From NCBI GenBank assembly GCA_964540745.1, contig CAZIOF010000163.1:1-42013 (forward strand): a stretch of DNA of 42,013 bases, in the 5' to 3' direction. Below are positions 35,187 to 42,013 of this stretch, piece after piece. The DNA is from an uncultured Candidatus Marinamargulisbacteria bacterium (GTDB lineage: Bacteria > Margulisbacteria > Marinamargulisbacteria > JABIPA01). A program made the translations under genes and the position numbers. The notes beneath the pieces are model-generated. The model had not been told where the DNA came from and searched no databases. It saw nothing but the letters and a program-made list of their open reading frames with translations. Numbering within the stretch: position 1 is the first letter of the stretch; the number at the start of each line of letters is the position of its first letter.

Positions 35187-36956
35187 CTATCCACTACTAA
35201 ATAGATCCTTTCGAATAGCATGTAAATCTATCACACGCCAATCTAGAACATGATGTAATGTATACGCTTTTAATATGTCTATAAGTGGGTGAGGCGACTG
35301 GATTAATAAATGAGAGACCTCATACTCACATAAATCCTTTAAAACCGTTAATGTGGCTGTTGTCTGAGAATAAAATGCAATGACCACTGTTAACCGTTGT
35401 TTCCATTCTCCAAAATAATCATTATCTTTTTGAAACTTATTGGCAGGGATCTTTGTCCCAACTAAAATGGGAACCCCTGTTGTCAAACGAAAATCAATAA
35501 TATTAGGGGGGATCACATAAACCTGTCCAGATTGACGTGATAATTTAGCCCACTCCATAATACGGTGCAATCTAGAACCATTTTTCTCACGAAAATCAGA
35601 CCTCGTATAATCGACTCCCCAAAACACTGTAAGCACAATAAGAAAAGCCCCTACAAACGGAACAGCTATATAATGAGAAGCAGGTTTCAACCTTTCAATA
35701 ATCCAAGATAATAAAACAACTAACGCAAGGGGAACCATCACTACTGAAAGACGCCAAGGCATTAACTCATTGAAAAACAGATTCTCTAAAGAAGACGCCA
35801 CTAAGGCCATAAAAGATAGCCCTATAATAATAACGAGACCAAACCAAAAAAGGCGTTTGATAAACCCCTGACGTACTAAACATGCCGCCGTAATAACCAT
35901 TATCAATTGGAAAAGAACACTGCCATTAAACCAAACCATCGGGTCCGTATGAAACGCATACATGGTTTTAATAAAATAGTCGTGTGCCGGTAATAGTTTT
36001 GAACGAAGCGGATGAGAAAAAAATTGGATTAAATAATAAGCAAAGAGAGCCCCGTTAACTGTAAAGGTAAGAAAAAGTGCTTTAAAATACGGTTTTGTTT
36101 GATAACAAAGCCATAGCATCCCTATAAGAACGAGACCTGCAATCCCTATAATGGTGGGTAAAAATAATAAATAAGGCCCAAAAGAACTTCCCCACGATAC
36201 GACATAAAGAATCGAACTCATAATCACACCTAAAAGATTGAATAAAAGAAAGAGGCGATACTGAGAGAGCCTTTCTTTATACACAGATACAATTTTGAAT
36301 CCAACAATACAAAACACGACAAAAAACAAGCCAAAATGAAGAAAAACGGCAACAAAATCACATAAATACGATAACTTTCTTTGCCCCTTTATCCAAAACC
36401 ATATCCCAAGAAATAAAAATACACCGAACAAACTGGGCTGAAAATACGTATTCATCACATATTGATTAGCCACGCCCCAATGAAGAAAAGACGCCCCTTC
36501 ATTAAAATAAGCCTGAAACCCTGGGAAAAGATCAAGCCCCTTATTAAAAAAATCATAAAGAAAACGAGAATGAAAAAAGGTCAGCAAGGAAAAAAGGACA
36601 TAATACAATGTACTACCATAGTTTATTCCCGATAGAAAACAACTAATCCCAAGTAACGAATGAATATAAACACCTACCAAACATAACCAGTAGATGTAAA
36701 ACCATATCGAAGATAAATAGGTGAATGTAAGAAACGTAATGCCCGTAAATATGGGCATAGCTTCGCTTACTTTAACAATCCAATCATTAGCTAAAAAACC
36801 ATAACCCGCCTGTGCCATACCGTGCAGAAAATAATGATTTTGATTACTATAAAACAGAGGTTTCCAAGAATAGGCCAGACAAAACAATGCCGTTAAAATA
36901 ACAGTGTTTAATAAACGATAAAGAGTAATACGGTTAAATAATTTAAGTATTGTCAT
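35187..36956 (-). CDS. Polytopic integral membrane protein (about 12 or more TM helices) with ~130-aa C-terminal soluble domain; function unknown
   Basis: 589 aa and very hydrophobic, with conserved-looking NQNHYFLHGMAQAGYGFLANDW near the N-terminus. Its ATG overlaps the PKS stop (ATGA, 36953-36956). Confidence 0.75.
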   Translation of the reverse strand: MTILKLFNRITLYRLLNTVILTALFCLAYSWKPLFYSNQNHYFLHGMAQAGYGFLANDWIVKVSEAMPIFTGITFLTFTYLSSIWFYIYWLCLVGVYIHSLLGISCFLSGINYGSTLYYVLFSLLTFFHSRFLYDFFNKGLDLFPGFQAYFNEGASFLHWGVANQYVMNTYFQPSLFGVFLFLGIWFWIKGQRKLSYLCDFVAVFLHFGLFFVVFCIVGFKIVSVYKERLSQYRLFLLFNLLGVIMSSILYVVSWGSSFGPYLLFLPTIIGIAGLVLIGMLWLCYQTKPYFKALFLTFTVNGALFAYYLIQFFSHPLRSKLLPAHDYFIKTMYAFHTDPMVWFNGSVLFQLIMVITAACLVRQGFIKRLFWFGLVIIIGLSFMALVASSLENLFFNELMPWRLSVVMVPLALVVLLSWIIERLKPASHYIAVPFVGAFLIVLTVFWGVDYTRSDFREKNGSRLHRIMEWAKLSRQSGQVYVIPPNIIDFRLTTGVPILVGTKIPANKFQKDNDYFGEWKQRLTVVIAFYSQTTATLTVLKDLCEYEVSHLLIQSPHPLIDILKAYTLHHVLDWRVIDLHAIRKDLFSSG

Positions 36957-39900
36957 ATGTGTACCTTATCCTCTTCTTCTTTTTTTAGCCTCGCATAAAT
37001 AAGGGCCCCCACGTCACGCATGTGACGACATTCCATCAAGGAAGACATCGTTAATCCCACATCGTAAGTATCATTTATAAACGTATACAGCTCAATAAGA
37101 ATCACAGAAGAAGAAGACAGCTCAACTAAAGACGTATCAATCGTTACAGACTGAGATGAGGAACCCAGTCGCTGCTCAAGAAAAGAAAGACAATGACTAG
37201 CCATCTCAGAAATATCGTTATCGGAATCAGAGGATAATCCAAAAGTCTCTCCAGAAGAGGCCGTAATCCGTACTTGATGTTTCTCAGAAACTATTAAACG
37301 GTCTGAAGACGCTTCTTCCAAAATAACATGAGAATAAACATTTCCTGCCCCTAAAATTGTAAGCGCGCCACGTCGCGAAGTAGACCCTAAAGACCAATGC
37401 GTGATGTCTTTACAGAGGGTTACCTGTGAACTAATCGCCTTAAAAACCCCTGAGTTATCGTCAATACAGGACGGTAATTTTTCCTGACGCTCCAACTGCA
37501 TCATCACTTTAAATAAACTGGCAATACCAGAAGCTGCCTCTAAATGTCCTATAAGAGGTTTAACCGTCCCTACCAAAATACCTGTCCCAAAATACGATGA
37601 CACCGCTTCCAGTTCCACACTATCACTAAACGGAAATGAAGAGGCATGTAAGTCAAGACACCCGATTGTTTGAGCAGAACATCGTTGGTGATATGCGTTC
37701 TGTAACACTTGTGTCAATGCATGAGGATCCACAAACGGGTATTGGGCAATATTACCCACAGACACTTGAACACAATTCAATAGTTTACTCCGAACAGGAT
37801 CTCCATCACGAATTGCCCTCTTATACCCTTTTAAAATCAAAACCCCACCACCCTCACCCATGACACACCCGTCTCCAAACTCTGTAAACGGCGCCATAGT
37901 TTGGGTCTTCGATAAAACAGACGCTCTCTTTAAGGATTCAAAATGCTCAGAATAATGGAACAGATTAATCGCCCCCACTATGGCTAAATCAACATCATCA
38001 TTCACAAGTGCTTTATAAGCGAGATCCAAAGCAGAAATCGCTGAACTACAGGCCGTATCAAGCACTAAGCTCGGGCCCGACAAGTTAAAGGTAAACGAAA
38101 GCCTATTTGCCAAGGAATAGGCAATAGGTGAGGGGCCTGTTGCCCCTACATAAATACCGACTCGCTTATCTTTATAGGTTTGAATGAATGACTGTTTATC
38201 CAGCCCCATCTCTAAAATAGCGTGTTCAAGCCAATAATGAAGATAGGCCTCACGAATATCCTGATCAGGAGGCACCACTATCTGTTTAACAACGGCCTCT
38301 GGTAACTGTCCTATACGAAGAGGTGACGATAACCCCAACCCCGACTGATCCACACGATCCCCCTCATAAACCGAAAGCCCTGAGCGCGTTTCTTTCAACA
38401 GTGTCCAAAAATCATCTGGGCTTTCTGCGCCTGGGAAGGACCCAAAATACCCAATAATAGCAACGGTTTCATTAGGGGTTTCATTAGGGGGTTCATTGGG
38501 GGTTTCATTGGGGGTTTCAATGTCCTCATCAATATAAATCGAAGCGTCTGTATTATCAGAGAGCTCTTTATCTATAAGAACCTCCCTTTTAAAATACCCT
38601 ATAACGTCATTTAAAGTAGGATAATCATAAAAAAGTGATTTAGGTAACGACCCAAAACGCTCTTCTAAACGTACTAAAATACCCATCATTAAAATAGAGT
38701 CCAGCCCATAATCACGAAAAGGCTTATCTAAGTCAATCGAAGATATTTTCAGCTCTTCACAAATAGCCTGTTGAAGAAACACTCGATCAAGAGAACAATC
38801 ATCGCATTCCATTTTCTCTAAAGTATCAGGCGTTTCTGTCAATAAAGGGAGATCCTCTTTATCTACAGCTACCTGAGCTGATATAACTGCCTGATGATGC
38901 GCATAATCATGATAAACCCCATCAACAACAGAGGACACAAACCCTGCTTTCGAAAGACAATCACACCAACTTTGAGAGGACAACAACGGTGACAGAGATA
39001 ACCGAATCTCCGAATCCTTATAGGCCCACCAACCATCTGTAAGGCCAAATGTTAACGTGGAAAATTCAGAAACAGAAACGATCTCATTTAAAATTAACGT
39101 GCCTCCAGGTTTCAATACCTGGGTTAAATGTTCCAGTGCTCCTTGAATATCCGGAACCACATGCACCACGTTCGTCCCAACAATAATATCCACGCTAGCA
39201 GGGTCTATCCCTTGAGAAATGAGAGGCCGTTCAATATCAATAATCTGATACGACAGCCTTGGATAACGCTGCCCCCAACGCTTTTCAGCCTCCATTAAAA
39301 ATTTTCTTGATACATCAGAAAATATAAAATGAACGTTTTCAGAAGGCAAATTTTTCAAAAGGAATCCGGTGGTACTCCCTGTTCCTGCACCTATTTCTAA
39401 AATACAAAGAGAGCCTTTCTTCTGAGAAACAACCTCAGTAAAAACCTTAGCTGTTAACTGATTATAATAATCGGCTATAGGATTATCTCGATAAAGGCCC
39501 TCAACAAGATCCAGTTTACCTTCAGAAAAAAGTGCCATTGAACCAGAGATAACACCCCTTAACACATCAGAATAATGAGATATACAATGATCCAACAATC
39601 GGATATAGCCCCCCAATTGAATCCTTTTCAACGTTCCAATCACACCCTGTATATCTGTTTCTGGTAAAGTCGAAGACAAACAATATGTCTCGCCATCCCG
39701 GTGTAAGATCCCTGCTTGCTCAAGACAGGACAACTGACACCGTATAAATGAATGATATTTAGGAATAACGCCTAAATGTTCACAAACTTGTCCTTCGGTA
39801 TAAGCCTGCATCTCCGACACAAAAAGACCTTGTCTTTGATAAAAGATCAGCAAGTGGTGATGACAATAGGTAGCCAAGGTCAATAATCCCTCAAAAGCAC

Positions 39901-42013
39901 GCTGTTGCACCCCCGACATATCACGTGTAAAACCACGATTACCATTACTAGAAAAAGAGCGTATAACCCCCATCCGAGATAACGTTTGTAAATGCCCCTT
40001 GATAACACCTACCTGAGAGAGAGAAGACGCCTCAATCCTTTCAATCGTATCAAAACCTTCTTCTATTGAAAAAGGCTCAACCCCTAAATGTTCCATACTA
40101 CGTCGATACTTTTCACTTAAAAAGAGCTGCCCCAATCCCACATCCCAAAGGCCCCAATTAATCGTTTTAACAGGGCTCCCATTACAATAGTGATGGCGTG
40201 AAAAATAATCTAACCAAATATTGGCCATCCCATAGTCACTTTTTCCTAAAGCAGGTGCAATCGCTGCTATAGACGAAAAACACAGAAACAACACTAAAGG
40301 CTGGTCCTTGACCAACTCCCATAAATGACTCGTTCCTTGTACTTTAGGTGCATAAATATGTTGAATATCTGAAAGTTTCTTGTCCTGCCAATGAGTCTTA
40401 TTAGAAAGTGTTCGGGCGGCACAGTGATACACACGTCTAACCGGCCCCAACCGATGGATACTATGACTAACCTCATTCATCCTGTCCTTATCTTCAAGAG
40501 GGACCCAATGAAAGGAATACTCACACCCATTTTCGTCAAGATAGCCGCATAGATCTTGATAGGATCCATATCGTTCTGACTGTTCAGGCGTAGGTTCTGT
40601 TGAAGAAATACCAATAAATGTCTTTACACCTTTCGTAACCAAATATCGGATAAGTGCTAATCCAATCCCTCCAGTAAACCCCGTCACAACCACACATTCA
40701 GAAGAATAATGAACAGATTCAGCGCCCCCCAAGTTAATAGGCCTCCAAGACGATCGAAACCTAAAACCCTTGTCATAACAAATCTCAGGACCATCAGCCA
40801 TGGTCGATAATTCACCAAACCAACGGTCAGGCGTATTAACCTCATGAGTATCAATAGAAATTGTTTTATAGGGATAGTTATATTCCCGCGACAAAGAAAG
40901 AAGAAGACTGGCAGTCAAGGCCCCATGAAGTGTTCCTGAACGTTCTGACTGTGGAAACACAGTTTGATAAGTGACATGAATAATCCCCTGTTCAGCACCA
41001 TAAAACTGCGTATACAGTTGAAAAAAACGCCATTTACCTAAAGATTCACGCAAGGGATCCTGACCCTCGTAAATAACACAATCAGAAATATCAATCAGAC
41101 CCAAAATACCCGGATACTCCACACGTAACTGTTCAAAAAAGGAATCAACACCCTCCCGATCATAAAAATTAAATCCAAAACGAGACTCTTGTTGTTCTGT
41201 ATGAAAAAGAGGAACAAGATATGGGTGGGTGTCCTTCCAGTTTGAAATCTGGTCCTCTTGCTCTGGACAAAGTAATAAAAGGTAATAATTATCAGTTCTT
41301 AAAACAGAAGGGCTATCACAAACTTCCCAGTACTTTTCCGTACTCGTTAGAGGAATGCTAGAAGACAATCTCTCTTTCTTTGAAACCGAAACAGCTATCT
41401 CAGGCCCTGTATACGGCCTCGCTGAAAAAGGAAGCCATTGTTTATCAAATGAATAAAGAGGGAGTCCCTGCATCATAGGCACCGAAAAAGAGTATATTGT
41501 CGCCCAGGAAACCTCCTCCCCACGCATCCATTTAACACCCAATAACGGCGCCTCTTCTCCTCCTTCTTCGCAACAATCATCAATACATTTATAGGGACGC
41601 GGGCCTCCTTCTTGGAAAGACTGAATGTCTCGATTTAAAGACATCAATAACTGAGCCGTAGTTTCAACAGGAACTGCATACCGCCAAGCCATAGGCTCCC
41701 GTCCTGTCTGTAAGGTATAACAAAGGGACAAAAGCTGTTCATAAGACCACTCTTTACCCCAAAAAAAGTCACGATAAGAGAGGATTAACCGCTGAAGAGA
41801 CGCCTCACTAAAGGCAGACAGAACAAACCACAAATCAACAGTCTGTTGAACAGGACCAGAACGATGTTGTGGCGCTTGTTCTACAATAACATGGGCATTA
41901 GACCCACCTGCCCCAAATGAGCTAACACCCGCAATCAAAGAGTCCCCACCCCTATCCCAAGATTGCAATGTAGAAGGAATATACAACCCACTTCCCTCTA
42001 AAGAAATATCAGG
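36953..42013 (-). CDS. trans-AT-type polyketide synthase, N-terminus beyond the window: [KS]-linker-KR-cMT-ACP-KS-ACP
   Basis: The frame stays open to the window edge (PDISLEGSGLYIPSTLQSW...GVSSFGAGGSNAHVIVEQ is the end of a KS), so the Met at 41986 is internal. Domain motifs are listed in the sub-features. No GHSxG acyltransferase motif is seen. Confidence 0.95.
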   Translation of the reverse strand, partial: PDISLEGSGLYIPSTLQSWDRGGDSLIAGVSSFGAGGSNAHVIVEQAPQHRSGPVQQTVDLWFVLSAFSEASLQRLILSYRDFFWGKEWSYEQLLSLCYTLQTGREPMAWRYAVPVETTAQLLMSLNRDIQSFQEGGPRPYKCIDDCCEEGGEEAPLLGVKWMRGEEVSWATIYSFSVPMMQGLPLYSFDKQWLPFSARPYTGPEIAVSVSKKERLSSSIPLTSTEKYWEVCDSPSVLRTDNYYLLLLCPEQEDQISNWKDTHPYLVPLFHTEQQESRFGFNFYDREGVDSFFEQLRVEYPGILGLIDISDCVIYEGQDPLRESLGKWRFFQLYTQFYGAEQGIIHVTYQTVFPQSERSGTLHGALTASLLLSLSREYNYPYKTISIDTHEVNTPDRWFGELSTMADGPEICYDKGFRFRSSWRPINLGGAESVHYSSECVVVTGFTGGIGLALIRYLVTKGVKTFIGISSTEPTPEQSERYGSYQDLCGYLDENGCEYSFHWVPLEDKDRMNEVSHSIHRLGPVRRVYHCAARTLSNKTHWQDKKLSDIQHIYAPKVQGTSHLWELVKDQPLVLFLCFSSIAAIAPALGKSDYGMANIWLDYFSRHHYCNGSPVKTINWGLWDVGLGQLFLSEKYRRSMEHLGVEPFSIEEGFDTIERIEASSLSQVGVIKGHLQTLSRMGVIRSFSSNGNRGFTRDMSGVQQRAFEGLLTLATYCHHHLLIFYQRQGLFVSEMQAYTEGQVCEHLGVIPKYHSFIRCQLSCLEQAGILHRDGETYCLSSTLPETDIQGVIGTLKRIQLGGYIRLLDHCISHYSDVLRGVISGSMALFSEGKLDLVEGLYRDNPIADYYNQLTAKVFTEVVSQKKGSLCILEIGAGTGSTTGFLLKNLPSENVHFIFSDVSRKFLMEAEKRWGQRYPRLSYQIIDIERPLISQGIDPASVDIIVGTNVVHVVPDIQGALEHLTQVLKPGGTLILNEIVSVSEFSTLTFGLTDGWWAYKDSEIRLSLSPLLSSQSWCDCLSKAGFVSSVVDGVYHDYAHHQAVISAQVAVDKEDLPLLTETPDTLEKMECDDCSLDRVFLQQAICEELKISSIDLDKPFRDYGLDSILMMGILVRLEERFGSLPKSLFYDYPTLNDVIGYFKREVLIDKELSDNTDASIYIDEDIETPNETPNEPPNETPNETVAIIGYFGSFPGAESPDDFWTLLKETRSGLSVYEGDRVDQSGLGLSSPLRIGQLPEAVVKQIVVPPDQDIREAYLHYWLEHAILEMGLDKQSFIQTYKDKRVGIYVGATGPSPIAYSLANRLSFTFNLSGPSLVLDTACSSAISALDLAYKALVNDDVDLAIVGAINLFHYSEHFESLKRASVLSKTQTMAPFTEFGDGCVMGEGGGVLILKGYKRAIRDGDPVRSKLLNCVQVSVGNIAQYPFVDPHALTQVLQNAYHQRCSAQTIGCLDLHASSFPFSDSVELEAVSSYFGTGILVGTVKPLIGHLEAASGIASLFKVMMQLERQEKLPSCIDDNSGVFKAISSQVTLCKDITHWSLGSTSRRGALTILGAGNVYSHVILEEASSDRLIVSEKHQVRITASSGETFGLSSDSDNDISEMASHCLSFLEQRLGSSSQSVTIDTSLVELSSSSVILIELYTFINDTYDVGLTMSSLMECRHMRDVGALIYARLKKEEEDKVHI
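36983..37219 (-). other. C-terminal ACP-like domain with atypical attachment motif (approximate)
   Basis: SLVELSSSSVILIELYTFINDTYDV; four Ser codons at 37106-37117 where GxDS is expected. Confidence 0.5.
37322..38464 (-). other. Divergent ketosynthase domain (approximate)
   Basis: VAIIGYFGSFPG, LDTACSSAISALD (Cys 38048-38050), DLHASSFPFSDSVE in place of EaHGTGTxxGDxxE, GTVKPLIGHLEAASG, and GAGNVYSHVILEE. The usual MDPQ motif is not recognisable. Confidence 0.7.
38465..38520. repeat. 12-nt tandem repeat (about 4.5 copies) encoding (E-T/P-P-N)n in the ACP-KS linker
   Basis: + strand units: ggtttcattagg / ggtttcattagg / gggttcattggg / ggtttcattggg / ggtttcaa. They translate on the - strand as ETPNETPNEPPNETPNETV. 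Confidence 0.9.
38582..38809 (-). other. ACP domain (approximate)
   Basis: FRDYGLDSILMMGILVRLEERFG; Ser codon 38696-38698. Confidence 0.85.
38957..39889 (-). other. C-methyltransferase domain (approximate)
   Basis: ILEIGAGTGSTTGFLL (Glu 39395-39397), DIIVGTNVVHV, LKPGGTLILNE. Confidence 0.8.
39917..41389 (-). other. Ketoreductase domain including structural subdomain (approximate)
   Basis: VVVTGFTGGIGLALIRYLVTKG (about 40630-40700) and ...FSSIAAIAPALGKSDYGMANIWLDYF (catalytic Tyr/Asn). Confidence 0.8.
41876..42013 (-). other. C-terminal end of a KS domain (partial)
   Basis: AGVSSFGAGGSNAHVIVEQAP, followed by a KS flanking linker (FVLSAFSEASLQRLI...YTLQTGREPMAWR...LPLYSFDKQWLPF). Confidence 0.85.

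Noticed and set aside
38465-38520. Short direct repeats considered as a CRISPR-like array
   Set aside because: The units are 12 nt with no spacers. They are in frame inside a PKS linker, and no cas genes are present.
11695-40476. Ten short ORFs (11695-11889, 12905-13165, 15103-15285, 23816-24013, 28323-28550, 31075-31257, 32494-32715, 34651-34839, 37636-37863, 40294-40476)
   Set aside because: All are nested in alternate or antisense frames of long motif-supported CDSs. I judged them spurious.
12582-42013. Search for integrated acyltransferase, thioesterase, dehydratase (HxxxGxxxxP) or PPTase domains in the cluster
   Set aside because: I found no GHSxG, GxSxG-TE or DH motif by eye in any ORF. 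I therefore treat these as absent from the window, not as features. An HMM scan is needed to confirm.
1-42013. Mobile-element boundaries (transposase, integrase, tRNA-adjacent att sites, long inverted or direct repeats) flanking the BGC or the 3459-6223 operon
   Set aside because: No ORF has transposase/integrase motifs, and I noticed no long repeats. I cannot support an island or mobile-element call from this sequence alone.

Overview
This is a low-GC bacterial chromosomal window. I found no rRNA, tRNA, CRISPR array, transposase or integrase.

The left ~12.6 kb is mostly on the + strand and is housekeeping. It holds a 5'-truncated class-I aminotransferase, purE, a cvpA-like gene with no canonical start codon, and an orphan MetH C-terminal-like protein. 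It also holds a tightly packed thrC / ApgM-like (candidate homoserine kinase) / NAD-epimerase / CotH-beta-helix operon. A minus-strand 3-gene operon (3459-6223) interrupts this block. It encodes a helical protein, a free-standing PEP-utilizer phosphohistidine swivel domain, and a membrane rhodanese protein.

The right ~29.4 kb (12582-42013, mostly on the - strand) is an AT-less (trans-AT style) PKS/NRPS cluster that runs off the right edge. Its genes are:
- a partial megasynthase [KS]-KR-cMT-ACP-KS-ACP;
- a translationally coupled polytopic membrane protein;
- a PfaD-type trans-enoylreductase;
- an embedded operon of two membrane-anchored FG-GAP/VCBS + UnbV/ASPIC (CRTAC1-like) proteins and a B12-binding radical SAM enzyme;
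- an opposite-strand secreted hypothetical protein;
- a 2731-aa FAAL-ACP-Cy-Cy-A(Cys)-Ox-KS hybrid with no carrier domain in its Cys module;
- an MT-GNAT-ACP-ACP protein;
- a NeuD/PglD-like acetyltransferase;
- a stand-alone PCP-Ox protein.

The best candidates for something undescribed are the split PEP-utilizer/rhodanese operon, the CRTAC1-like + rSAM operon inside the assembly line, and the non-canonical logic of the thiazole-forming module.

All domain calls come from motif recognition by eye. Domain boundaries are approximate.
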